Assembly: GCA_951406725.2 (NCBI GenBank)
Contig: OX597834.1
Span: 3,782,001-3,846,000 of the forward strand
DNA: 64,000 bases
Reading direction: 5' to 3'
Origin: Octopus vulgaris
Taxonomy: Eukaryota
A program made the position numbers and the translations under genes. Positions 26,306-37,624 of this stretch are shown piece by piece. Position 1 is the stretch's first letter, and each line of letters opens with the position of its first letter. The notes below the pieces were generated by a model. That model worked only from the letters and a program-made list of their open reading frames with translations, was not told the origin of the DNA and did no database searches.

Positions 26306-27371
26306 ATCGACGCTGACGACAAGAATAAGAATGCGAAGAACAGAAAATAAAGAATAAGGGGTCAAAGTGATGATCTGGTAGAAGTAGAAGCGACAGGAAA
26401 ACAAGGTGAGATGAGGTAAGGTGGCATAAAAGAGTCTTCTATAGACAGCTACCATTTCTCCAACAGTACAAGACACATATTGAATGGTAAGGTTTTAACA
26501 ACTTCAAGAAGAACACCAGATACTTACAGCAGATATTTGTATTTTCCTCTCGAATCGCTTTCCACCCCAGCTTATTGCCACTTCTTTCAACATTACCGCC
26601 ACAACTGGCACCACCATTACCACTACCACCACGATCTCTTACTACGACAAGAACTACCACCACCGGCAGTGGTAGTTGTAGTTGTAGTAGTAGTGGTGGT
26701 AGTAGCAGCAGCAGCAGCAGCAGCAGCAGCGGTAGTGGTAGCTTACCTACGCTTGTCTTTCACAATTCAGATTTGCAGCGAGGCGATGAATTTCGTATCC
26801 ACACTGCTATCTCTCTGGTGTCAGCATAACAAAAACAATAGAGAGAGAGAGAGAGAGGAAAGAGCATATGTGTGCATATGCGTGCATATGTGTGCATATG
26901 TGTGCATTCGGCGATATATGCGACGAGAGGCACTCACCTAGTTGGCTCTCGAAAAGATTCTCTTAAACGTTACTGCGAAACCTTCCAGGAATCACCACCA
27001 CGTCTCCTTCCCCGCACCGTCTTTTCCACGGTGCTTCGCTATTTTCTTCGCACTCTCACACCATCTTAGTGTGTCGTTTTCTTCCTCACAGTAAATCATC
27101 CTTCTCACATGTTCTCGTTAACTGCTCTACACTACCGACACTATACACTCACACTGCATTTCGACATACGTACGTCCACACGCACATACATACATACACA
27201 CATACATACATACATACATACATACATACATACATTATGTATGCATTATAATGCATGTGTGTATGCACAAAGACAAACATAGGCTCATATGATTGTATGT
27301 ACCTATATATCTATATCTATCTATCTATCTATATATCTATCTATCTATCTATCTATATATCTATCTATCTA

Positions 27372-27419
<48 letters not shown>

Positions 27420-27500
27420 CACATAAACACACTCACACATACGTATATAAATGTATATTAGAATATTCATATATGCGCTTTGTATATGTGTATTTGTATG

Positions 27501-27546
<46 letters not shown>

Positions 27547-27794
27547 CGTTGCACCGTGTGCAGCAAGTTCTCAAACGGTCATTTGCATATTTAATCTTAA
27601 TACGACCTGACAGATTCGAACGCAAAATACAATGAAGGTGTTTCGTTCATAACACAATTGGTTCGTTCGACTGGGTGACTCTGGGACACCAGTGTTTCGG
27701 CATGTTGTGCCTCGTCAGGCCTATGAACACACTGTCGTAGTAAAAGGGAGAAATTCTCCAACGATATACACTACAGTAACCAGCATATACTGCG

Positions 27795-27895
27795 TTCTCT
27801 GATAAGCAACTCTGACCCTTTCCGGAGGTATGGTTTGGAGCAGGATCCTGTTGCCACACATATAGCCTTCCAGCAGTGACCATCTCCAGTGACTT
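27795..27895 (-). mobile_element. Fragment of maT-like Tc1/mariner transposase
   Basis: AGRLYVWQQDPAPNHTSGKGQSCL, the QQD.AP.H catalytic-region motif. Confidence 0.6.
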
Positions 27896-28505
27896 ACTAA
27901 TTTACAGCGCTTTCGTCTCAGGACTAAATTCATCGATCATTCGTCAACGCTTACTTAATCTACCGAAGACGACATGAGATCATTGGTAAAGATTACTTTA
28001 ATCATAGAATTAGCCAACGAGGATGCAAGAATGAATTCTGCATGCCCTCCACTTTAGCAGTTTCAAGAAAAGGATCTTGCTATTGACGCTGTGGTCCTAT
28101 TCAGCCAAAATCAACATACCCAGCCAAGAACTCTATCTGTAATTATTGTCACCGAAAAGGACGCTGGGCAACCGTTTGCAGGATAAAGAAATCAACTTCT
28201 TTCGAACAGAAAGTCGCCAAGATCAGAACAGAAGGTAAAGCAGATCAAGAAAACAAGCCAACATGCGATATCTGAGCTTCAGTTTTTCAGCCAGCCGCCG
28301 CCTGGGAACGAACAGAACTCATCACAGTTAAGGTAAATGATCACATGGCAAATACTCTACAGAATGCTGGATCAGAGAAAACCTTTATTCGTCTAGATCT
28401 GTCCAAAGAATTTTGGCTTCCTCTAACTGTCAAAAAAGCGTATACTTTTTAGCTGATAACAGTCAGTTTAATATCTGTAGAGTGTTGATTAGTCACACTA
28501 GAGTT

Positions 28506-28740
28506 GGGTGGCTGGAGCTGGCAGAAACGTTAGCACGCCGGGCGAAATGCGTAGCTGTATTTCGTCTGCCGTTATGTTCCGAGTTCAAATTCCGCCGAGG
28601 TCGACTTTGCCTTTCATCCTTTCGGAGTCGATAAATTAAGTAGCAGTTACGCACTGGGGTCGATGTAATCGACTTAATCCGTTTGTCTGTCCTTGTTTGT
28701 CCCCCTCTGTGTTTAGCCCCTTGTGGGTAGTAAAGAAATA
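28506..28740 (+). mobile_element. SINE family A, full monomer
   Basis: gagctggcagaaacgttagcacgccgggcgaaatgc...gagttcaaattccgccgaggtcgac...ccccttgtgggtagtaaagaaata. Confidence 0.85.
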
Positions 28741-28953
28741 TATTATGAAGCAGAAATGTATACTGTTGAGCCACTCGTAGCACCGATTGTATTAAGAATG
28801 GACTTTTAAATCTTGACGGTAATAGGGAACCGATTTCTGTTTGTCTTCCTCGTGAGGAATTAAGCTGACAACGTTTAAGTCTGTTGTCCTGCGTCGATGC
28901 GTCCAAATTAACACCGATCGCTATGAAATCGCGAAGAAATCATTGTCATAGAG

Positions 28954-29154
28954 CAGTGGTTTTCAACCAGGGTTCCGCCAGTACAGTCCAGGGGTTCCTC
29001 AAGAAGTTACAAAACTGCTAAAATCGGCAGTAATTTATAATTCTCCTGTGCAGATATGTGTGCATAAGACTATTAAATTATTGCACAGGGGTTCCTCGAG
29101 CCAGTGGAATGTTTCCTTGGGGTTCCGCTCCAGCAAAAAGGTTGAAAAGCACTG
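28954..29154. mobile_element. hAT (Charlie-like) MITE, 201 bp
   Basis: TIR cagtggttttcaacc / ggttgaaaagcactg; degenerate 8-bp TSD tcatagag / gtatagag; internal ggggttcc repeats. Confidence 0.8.
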
Positions 29155-30932
29155 GTATAGAGAGTTCATCGAAGATGAAATCAAGAGAATGTTGAAAGAT
29201 GGGATTGTTAAAGTAGAAGCACTTGGCAGGCACACAGTCATTCGTCGTGTCGAGAAGGAATAAATCAGTTAGGTCCTGTTGGCGCTGATCGGGCAGCTAA
29301 CATTGATTAATTAATTCCTCGAAAGAATCGAGTCCAATAATTACTTCTCTAATAATTACTTCTCTAATATCGACTTTGAATGAAGCCAACAATCAAATTC
29401 CATTCCGAGAAGAGGATTTTCATTTGACGGCTTTTGAAGCCTGTAACAAACTGTCTCAAATTTACTCGCCAACCATTCAGGTGTTCCAATGCCGTTGCCA
29501 TCTTTTAACATATTTATAGATTCATTCATTCACGATTATTCTCTTCAAAAGGACCTATTGTTAATCGATGATGTCATTATCGGAGGCGAAAAAAAGGAAA
29601 AACACGACCGTAATTTGTCTGGATAGCCGACATGCCACCTGACAAATCGAAATACCGTGTCCTCATTCTCTTCTGGGTCGCTTCCTTCCATGTTCTATAG
29701 AATTTCATGACTATGCATGTTCTTCAGATTGAATAAAAACTCTCGGTTGTCGCATCTTCAGCGTGTAAATAAACTTATCATTGTTGTTTTTGCTGTTAAT
29801 ATTGTTATTGTTACTATTTTCACTTCTACTTCTAAGCTATCAAATATGAACGCTCTTAATCTACGGGTGTTGTGTGAAGCTATGGTTTGCATCAGGAACC
29901 TGATGCACAGCACAGCTTCACACAACAGGTTCCTGATGAATATGTGAACCTAACCGAATGCCTATTAAACAAGTTCCTGTATCGACCCGAAGGTGGGAAA
30001 CGCTTCGCCAAGGTCATCAAAAAGTTTCTCGGAACATTGGTGGCGACTGGATCCGAATGGTGCTTTATACCACACCTCTAAATTATCTTAATCTATCTCT
30101 CCGTTTCTAAGAATTATCAATTTGTTTATTGCTTCTGCTACTCCTATTTATATTTTTGTCCAGGTGATGTGTATAATTGTTCTTATTTTTTTGACAAAAC
30201 CTTCAAATTATTACCTCGAAAATTAATCGGTTATATCACCCGAATATGGTAACTCTTGTATACCTTTCTGGTCCAGTACTTTAGCGCTAATAATATATTA
30301 ATTATTTAAAGGCGGCGAGCTGGCAGAATCGTTAGCGCGCCGGGCGAAATGCTGAGCGGTATTTCGTCTGCCGTTACGTTCTGAGTTCAAATTCCGCTGA
30401 AGTCGACTTTGCCTTTCATCCTTTCGGGGTCGATAAATTAAGTACCAGTTACGCACTGGGGCCGATGTAATCGACTTAATACCTATGTCTGTCCTTGTTT
30501 GTCCCCTCTGTCTTTAGCCCCTTGTGGGTGTTATGTGTTGTTTGGGTTCTAATGGGATAGACAACCAAATGAAAACCATTGTTATGTTTACGTGTTTATT
30601 ATCTTTACATGTTACACGGACGACGACTTTCAGCGTAGTAATACATTATATACTTTACACACAGTTTGTACCGTTCACTAACAAATAGTGCCAAGAGTGG
30701 GGATGTGGTTTGGCATACGCAAACACATACATATGAATGTGTAACATCCCTTCTTCTTGAAAAAAAATAAAGGGGTCTTTTGGCAGTGAAGACAACTATG
30801 AGTAGTCTCCCTTGACCTATGAATTGTCAGCCTGAGGTGGCAATCCTACAGCAGAAGTCGTGAGATTATTCTGCCTCTGCTTTGTAGTCTAGCTGAATTA
30901 AATACTTCTCTTTTCATTTTCTTTTTTTTTCT

Positions 30933-32204
30933 TTAACGGTATCGAACCGGTGGCAGAATGTTCTTTCTCCATCTGGTGGATCTTGTGCTTCGCACCGGTG
31001 TCTGAGGTGTGTTGTTGGGCTGCTGATATGTGGTTGGTGTCCGTTGGGGTGATGATTCTGTGGGTGTTGTCACCAATGCAGCAGGTGTTGTACACGTTTT
31101 CCTCGACAGCTTTGGTGTTGGGCGGATGTGGGCCCTGTTGCGTCTCAGCTGCCTACCAGATTCCGTTTCTATTATATATGATCTTGGAGTTTCAGCTCTA
31201 CTGACAACCTTTGCTGGGATCCATGTTTTAGTTATGGGATCTTGAGTATGCACATGTTGTCCTCCAAGTATCTCAGGTAAATATTGTGCATGTTTGTTGT
31301 AATACCTCTGTGATTGTTCTTGAGTGGCTGCTAGCTTTGCCCTTGTCTCTTCCTGGTCAATAGGAGGTTGGATCTTAGTTGGCAGGGTAGTTTTATACTT
31401 CCTGCCATTCAGCAATTCTGCTGGGGATTTCATATCAGCTCTCAGTGGTGTCGCTCGTAGGGACAGAAGTGCCAGGTGTGGGTCTTCCTTAGTCTCTCGG
31501 CATTTGACTAGTGTTCTCTTCACTGTCTGCACCTGTCTTTCTATAAACCCATGACCTCTGGGGTAGTGTGGAGATGAAGTTGTAATATTGAACCCATACT
31601 CATCGGCTAGCTTTTTGAATTCTTGTGATGTGAACTGGGTTCCATTGTCACATATGATCTGCTCTGGTATTCCTTGCTCTGCTAGGAGTCCTCGAGCCAC
31701 TGTAGTGATTGTTTTGGCTGTCAGGTCTTTCACTCTTCTCACAAATGGAAATTTGGAGTAGTAGCAGGCCATTATTAAATACCATTCTTGGCCCTCTGTG
31801 AACAGATCTACTCCAATAGTTTGCCATGGCCTTCTTGGGATGTCACTAGATATCATTTCCTCCTTTTGTTGTGAGGTTTCCTCTTTGATTTCCACTAGCT
31901 TATCGGTTGTCACATTTACAATGTGGTGGACCTTTCTGCTTAGTCCTTCCATCTCCTGTTTGTTTGTGATTGGTGGTCGGTCTTTGATAGGCATATCACT
32001 GTCAATCCTGCTTGGAGCTGCTTTCACTTCAGTATTGACCGACACAATGTTTAACCTCCTGCAGGTATCGAGTCCAAGAATTGCTGGGCCTTCTGTTCTT
32101 GTGACATAAAATGTACACTCGATTGATTTCCCTTTGTGTGTCCCCCTAATCGTTGTTTTACCCAGTTGTGGAATCCTGCTTCCTCCGTACGCAGTGAGGA
32201 CCAC
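30933..32204 (-). CDS. Gypsy protease C-terminus fused in frame to integrase core (rve)
   Basis: AILGLD (PR end), then PWQTIGVDLF, IICDNGTQF, SPHYPRGHGFIERQV, SPAELL and RRNRAHIR. No YxDD RT or RNase H. Confidence 0.85.
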   Translation of the reverse strand: MVLTAYGGSRIPQLGKTTIRGTHKGKSIECTFYVTRTEGPAILGLDTCRRLNIVSVNTEVKAAPSRIDSDMPIKDRPPITNKQEMEGLSRKVHHIVNVTTDKLVEIKEETSQQKEEMISSDIPRRPWQTIGVDLFTEGQEWYLIMACYYSKFPFVRRVKDLTAKTITTVARGLLAEQGIPEQIICDNGTQFTSQEFKKLADEYGFNITTSSPHYPRGHGFIERQVQTVKRTLVKCRETKEDPHLALLSLRATPLRADMKSPAELLNGRKYKTTLPTKIQPPIDQEETRAKLAATQEQSQRYYNKHAQYLPEILGGQHVHTQDPITKTWIPAKVVSRAETPRSYIIETESGRQLRRNRAHIRPTPKLSRKTCTTPAALVTTPTESSPQRTPTTYQQPNNTPQTPVRSTRSTRWRKNILPPVRYR

Positions 32205-32205
32205 A

Positions 32206-32562
32206 TCACTTGGTGTGAGGATTCCTTTTGACCCTATCCTCTTCTGTCATATTTTCTGGGAACATCTTCTTGTATAAGCTGACAGGCAAGATATCACTCT
32301 GGGCCCCAGTGTCTATCTTCAGCCTTAAGTCAATGTTTGTTCTTTTCCTTCCGGCCTTCTTTTCAATTCTTATTGTCGTGTATGCCTCATCTTCTTTCTT
32401 CCGGTCGTCCTTTCCCATCTCATGCACATTTATTATGCCGACTGCCAATGATTCCTCCTCTGAGGTGCTTTGTTCCTGTTGTTGTGCATGTATATCTCTT
32501 CTATTTCTGCTCCTCTTTGAAAATTGGGGCTTGTATCTCTGGGATTTTGTTACCCTACACAT
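32206..32562 (-). CDS. Gypsy aspartic protease segment (frameshifted on both sides)
   Basis: KIDTGAQSDIL active-site motif. Confidence 0.8.
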   Translation of the reverse strand: MCRVTKSQRYKPQFSKRSRNRRDIHAQQQEQSTSEEESLAVGIINVHEMGKDDRKKEDEAYTTIRIEKKAGRKRTNIDLRLKIDTGAQSDILPVSLYKKMFPENMTEEDRVKRNPHTK

Positions 32563-33284
32563 TTTTTCCAGTGGTTAAGTTTTCCACATCCTTTGCAGTG
32601 TGTACCGAATGCAGGACATTTTTTCCGGTTATTAAATTCATGCTCTGTACCACAGTACCGGCATGTTCTTTGTTTGTGGGTATGTGTCCTGTGCCTATAT
32701 ACAGTATCTACACTGCTACCTAGTGGGCTTGTTTGTAAGCTTAGTGAGGCCATCTGTTTGGTAGTGGCTTCGAATGCTCTTGCAGTGTCTACTGCTTCTA
32801 CCAACTGGAGAGCGTCCTTACCTATGAGGGATTTCTGAACTTCTTTGTGGGCACACCCCCATATTAATTGGTCTACAATTCTCTCCTCCCTGTCTTTGAA
32901 TTTGCATTTCTCTGCAACATTTTTCAGCCTTGACAGGAAATTGTCTATTGTTTTTTGTGGGTCTTGTTTCAAGCCCTGGAATTCGTATCTGTGAATTCTA
33001 TGGTTCGACCTGGGCTCTAGGTGCCTTTCAAATTTCTCAAGAAGTGTGTCTGGGTTTTTGCAGTCGAACTCTAACATATCCCAGCTATTGTATAGGTCTA
33101 TTCCTTTATTACCTGACCATAAAAGGATATAGCTTACCTTTTCATCGTCAGTTGTGCCTTTCAGGAAACTTTTGAAAGCTAGTTGAGCTTTTTGTTTGAA
33201 TTTTTTAAATTCTTCTACGACATCACTGGAATCCCAATTCCTAATTGGATGTAGATTCATCTGTACGGCGACGGGGGTCGCCAT
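32550..33284 (-). CDS. Gypsy Gag with zinc knuckles
   Basis: FLSRLKNVAEKCKF...IVDQLIWG capsid-like region; CRYCG..H...CPA and CKGCGKLNH knuckles. Confidence 0.85.
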   Translation of the reverse strand: MATPVAVQMNLHPIRNWDSSDVVEEFKKFKQKAQLAFKSFLKGTTDDEKVSYILLWSGNKGIDLYNSWDMLEFDCKNPDTLLEKFERHLEPRSNHRIHRYEFQGLKQDPQKTIDNFLSRLKNVAEKCKFKDREERIVDQLIWGCAHKEVQKSLIGKDALQLVEAVDTARAFEATTKQMASLSLQTSPLGSSVDTVYRHRTHTHKQRTCRYCGTEHEFNNRKKCPAFGTHCKGCGKLNHWKKCVG

Positions 33285-33395
33285 CTTGGATCGTCGTGTT
33301 TATTTGCCCGAATACGAAGCGATGTTTTGTTTGCTAATTCCTCGTTCGTTGTGTTCCTGTTTTGTTTTAAAGGCACAGTTCCCGATTAATTATTT

Positions 33396-33408
33396 ACCGC
33401 TGCCACCA
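33396..33408 (-). promoter_or_regulatory. Primer-binding site complementary to a tRNA-Leu-type 3' end
   Basis: Plus strand accgctgccacca abuts the 5' LTR and matches the 3' end of animal tRNA-Leu(AAG/TAG) plus CCA. Confidence 0.8.
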
Positions 33409-34656
33409 TGTTATGTGTTGTTTGGGTTCTAATGGGATAGACAACCAAATGAAAACCATTGTTATGTTTACGTGTTTATTATCTTTACATGTTACACGGA
33501 CGACGACGTTCAGCGTAGTAATACATTATATACTTTACACACAGTTTGTACCGTTCACTAACAAATAGTGCCAAGAGTGGGGATGTGGTTTGGCATACGC
33601 AAACACATACATATGAATGTGTAACAGTGGGTAATAAAGAAATAGGTATTTCTTCTGCCGCTATGTTCTGAATACAAATTCCGCCGAGGTCGACTTTGCC
33701 TTTCATCCTTTCGGGGTCGATTAATTAAGTACCAGTTACACATTGGAGTCGATATAATCGACTTAATCCGTTTGTCTGTCCTTGTTTGTCCTCTCTGTGT
33801 TTATCCCTTTGTGGGTAGTAAAGAAAGAAATATATTAATTATTAAATTATTTAATTAGTTTGAATTATAGAAGGTCTCTCTACTCTTTGTTCCATATTAC
33901 TTATATTTATTAGATGTTCCACTTGAATTTCTTTTGCAGCCTCTCTTTCATTTTATTTATTTATTTTATTATCTATCGCTCTGCTACTTTCTTTTAAGTT
34001 TGATATTATTATTTTTTTATGAAAACTCTCAGCATGTTTTGCTGGGTATGATGGAATGTGTCAGCTGTCCACAGCCAACAGACTAAGGTGACACTTATCT
34101 ATTGGTCATGCTTCAAGAACCCTGCGAAGAATTCCTGCAGTTCCAAACGATGCTGATTTTTGTAGGTGTTCTACCTTTACTCTTGTACCAGTATTTTTGA
34201 TCCACGCTGGGAATGCTGAGACTTCCAAGGGTGCCAATTACTTTTGGTATCACGCCTACTCCCTTCATTGACCACAACCTTCGTATTTACCACTTCAAAT
34301 TGTTACAGTTGTTCAGTTTTTCTTCTTTCTCTTTGATCCTCTTGTCACCGGGACACGAATTTATTCCTACGAGAGTAGGAAAGTACTCATTTGCATACAG
34401 CCAATCAAAGCTCACTTTCACTTTGTCAAGTTAATAAATGTTGGCAATCAAAATGGCGACCTCCGATTACCATGCGAATCTTGTATTCTGCTCTCATTCA
34501 GATGCCAATATCATCGAAACTGAACACATACGCTTGTTAGCGGTAGGTTTGAATTACTATAGCAATCAAAGATAATGTTTTGGACGAATATGAAAGTACG
34601 GAAACTGTTTGAAGCTTTCATAAATACACTGTTGTCAATATTCTGAAAATAGCTCT

Positions 34657-34790
34657 CCGCCGAGGTCGACTTTGCCTGTCATTCTTTCGGGGTCGATAAA
34701 TTTAAATACCAGTTGCGTACAGGGGTCGATCTAATCGACTGGTCCCCTCCCCCCAAATTTCGGGCCTTGTGCCTTGAGTAGAAAAGAATA
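34657..34790 (+). mobile_element. SINE family A fragment
   Basis: ccgccgaggtcgactttgcc...ggggtcgataaa...ccttgtgcc...gaaaagaata. Confidence 0.8.
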
Positions 34791-35052
34791 TTTGTAAACA
34801 ACGTGTTATATCTCGTAATTTTATTTCATGGAAATAAATCTTATTTGGCTGTAATTTTTAGCACGCCTTACAGCCACCAGTGTTTAATGCAAATACGATA
34901 AACACATTAGAATCTCTAACAGAAAAATTTAAAAGAATTAGATGAAAGTTCTCCAGTAATTTTCTTTCATGTAAATAAATGTTTATGTTAATTTAAAAGA
35001 GAAAAACAGTTAGTTTTAAATCTCTGAGCGAGATGTTAGCAAATAAACTTTA

Positions 35053-35869
35053 GGATCTTTCCCTTTTGAACGGCAGATGTCAACACAATTTCTAGTTAAC
35101 TAAACACTTTTAAACTTCGTATACTGGTAGAATGTGTTTATAAAACATCATTTTTTCTTGGTTTTATTGAGAAAATTCTATAGTTTGTAACATATTTCCA
35201 CTTTAAAATCGAGCATTTCGGCAATTTTAACCAATCAAATACGTCCATTTGGAGTCAAAACATAACGTGCTGTATGAGTATGTCCCTTGTTTAAGAAACA
35301 GATTGGGTTTATTTACATTTGCGAAGAAAAAAAGATACCCTTCCCCCACCTCTAACCCTAAGCCTAACTTACCCTAACTCTAAAATAGATTGAAATGCAA
35401 TAGATCGATATTAGGGTTATAATTATGGGTGACAATTTCATACGACACCGCTACAGAAAATGGGATTTTTTTCTAGCGGTGTCATATGAAAATGTCACCC
35501 ATAATTATGACCCTAGTATCGATCTATTGGATTTCAATCTATTTTAGGATTAGGGTTAGAGTTAGGGTAAGGGGTGGGGGAAGGATATCTTTTTTTCTTC
35601 GCAAATGTAAATAAACTCAATCTGTTTCTTAAACAAGGGACATACTCATACAGCACGTTATGTTTTGACTCCAAATGGACGTATTTGATTGGTTAAAATT
35701 GCCGTGCTCGATTTTGAAGTGGAAATATGTTACAAACTATAGAATTTTCTCAATAAAACCAAGAAAAGAAATGATGTTTTATAAACACATTCTACCAGTA
35801 TAAGAAGTTTAAAAGTGTTTAGTTAACTAGAAATTGTGTTGACATCTGCCGTTCAAAAGGAAAAGATCC
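35053..35869. mobile_element. 817-bp foldback MITE (about 400-bp arms) with 8-bp TSD
   Basis: Starts ggatctttcccttttgaacggc and ends gccgttcaaaaggaaaagatcc. TSD aaacttta at 35045-35052 and 35870-35877. Confidence 0.9.
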
Positions 35870-36658
35870 AAACTTTAATTTAAAAGATTTATCCAAAAAG
35901 TCTTATTCAGCCGTTATTTTTAGCATACTTCACAGCCATCTCAATGCTTAATAACAAAAAGAAACAAACATTAACCTAGACGGAGAAGTTGCTGTTTACT
36001 AGTAGAGAGGGAAAGAATAAAGAATGCACAGTGCTGACTAGAAAGGATGAAGGGATAAAGGTGGCTCTGCTCTGATTGGCTATATGCAAATGAATTCATT
36101 ACTGGGGGGTCCGGAACTCTCGTGGAAAAAAAATTTTGCCACCGGGACATGCTATGTTGTTTGTCATGCTTGTTTTTTTCTTCTTTTTCTTTTCACCACA
36201 ACAATATCCGGTTTCCGATGTCTGGTCAGGTGATTGCACTGAATCATTGCATCCCACAGGATTTTGCAATTTTCATTCTCGGTGACTCCGTCTGAGGTTT
36301 GTACATACCACGTCTTTGCTCTTTGTCGGCCGTGATTTTCACAGAGCTCCCAATGGGTCATTCTTACCACATTGTCATGTCGTCTTTTGTAATAGCATTG
36401 CACCAATTTCGGCCATTTGCTAAAAATGTGCCACACCGTTTTATCCCTCTTACCACACATTCTGCGTTTATCGCTCTCGGTAGTGTTGTCGATTCTGCAC
36501 TTCACATAGTTAGTCCTTAACGCTTGATCGTGAGCTGCTTCTGTCTCTATCTTCAGGTCACTCCTCCTCACCCAAAGCCATCGGTCAGCTGTATTTATCT
36601 TGGCATTCGTATCTCTTGCAAACTGACCGTACATTTGTTTCTCCTTCCATGCTGTTTC

Positions 36659-36692
<34 letters not shown>

Positions 36693-37624
36693 CTTTTTCT
36701 TTTAACGTTTTTGTTTCTTAATGCGAGTATCAGTCTTAATGACGCCGGCCTTCTTCTCATGTTTCAACAATGGTTCCACGGTATTTTTTTACATGCCCCA
36801 AGCAGTTTTCCTCTGCTCCGATACAGTCCTGGCAACTGATCAAACATCTCCCACCCTTTCCTCTGGACAAGTACAGCATATCGGTGTCACTCTTAGAGTG
36901 AAAGGTTCCGTACACTGTCAACATTTTTCTTGTCTTCGTATTATGAGGTTTCGCCTGTAATTGAAAAAGGTATTATAAAAGGAGAAAGAGGCTCTCTACC
37001 CCCCTTTTTGACCAGGCTCCCCTTTGCTTTTATGGGTTTTTCCACCAGGAACCTTTCGTAACGCCTCTCCCTATTGGGAGTCTTTCGTTTTTATATTATT
37101 TGATTGTTACACTGTTTTTACACGATTTTTTCACAAACGGACAAAACCCTTTGTAACCTTTCGTCCTGTTTTGTCCCTTTATGTTTTCTAATCATATTTG
37201 TCAGCCCTTGTGGCCAATAAAAAGAATTAATTATTATTGTTGTTGTTGTTTTCCTTCTCAGAGTGCTCGATCTTGCATGCTTTGGTTGATTCTGTGAGAG
37301 CGGACTGCAGCCTATTGTCAGAGGTCTCACAGGGTCTCTTTCCGTACATTATAAGCTTTGATACTTGGTTGTTAATTATCGTGGAAGACGTTCAACATCC
37401 AAGTACCAATCTCAAAATCCTAGCTGTCCCGGGATTTGCTCTCCTCTCATGTCAATTCTGAATTCTCTAACATATCTCTCGAACTTCATTGCTAGTGTTC
37501 CGAATGTCCCTACGACTGTTGGGATGACTGCATTTTCGTCTTTTAGTAGTCTGTACTTTTCCATCTTTTCTAATTTTTCATCACTTATGCGTGCATTCCC
37601 AGATATTGCAATATCTACAATCTT

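Larger units (their letters stand above)
28360..29620 (+). mobile_element. Old Gypsy pol (RT) remnant, interrupted by a SINE and a MITE
   Basis: TPIAMKSRR...EFIEDEIKRMLKDGIV, YFSNID...NQIP...LTAFEA, IDDVIIGG...HDRNL. Confidence 0.65.
30529..33626 (-). mobile_element. Young non-autonomous Gypsy/Ty3 LTR retrotransposon (Gag-PR-IN, no RT/RNase H)
   Basis: 218-bp TG...CA LTRs at 30529-30746 and 33409-33626 (one mismatch seen). 5-bp TSD gtggg. PBS tggtggcagcggt at 33396-33408. PPT aagaagaaggga at 30747-30758. Confidence 0.95.
30311..33830 (+). mobile_element. SINE family A (dimeric) split by the Gypsy insertion
   Basis: SINE sequence runs 30311-30528 and resumes at 33627-33830 across the duplicated gtggg. 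Confidence 0.85.
34355..36139. mobile_element. Non-autonomous TIR transposon with 9-10-bp TSD (MULE-like)
   Basis: TSD caccgggac(a) at 34346 and 36140. Imperfect TIRs containing acgagagt...catttgcat.cagccaatca at both ends. Confidence 0.75.
34030..36950 (-). mobile_element. R4/Dong-type LINE 3' remnant split by a DNA transposon
   Basis: ORF 36164-36760: DQALRTNY, RRHDNV, ILWD, RKPDIVV. The frame IACPGDKRIKEKE is restored by removing the insertion at 34355-36139. Confidence 0.8.

Noticed and set aside
25648-26476. Poly-L/S/E/R ORFs, including a protamine-like Arg run
   Set aside because: They arise from the (GAA)n/(GGA)n tract in all frames.
32555-32575. Programmed gag-pol frameshift
   Set aside because: The break falls inside the zinc knuckle (H-x3-C instead of H-x4-C), which fits a 1-bp deletion or sequencing error better.
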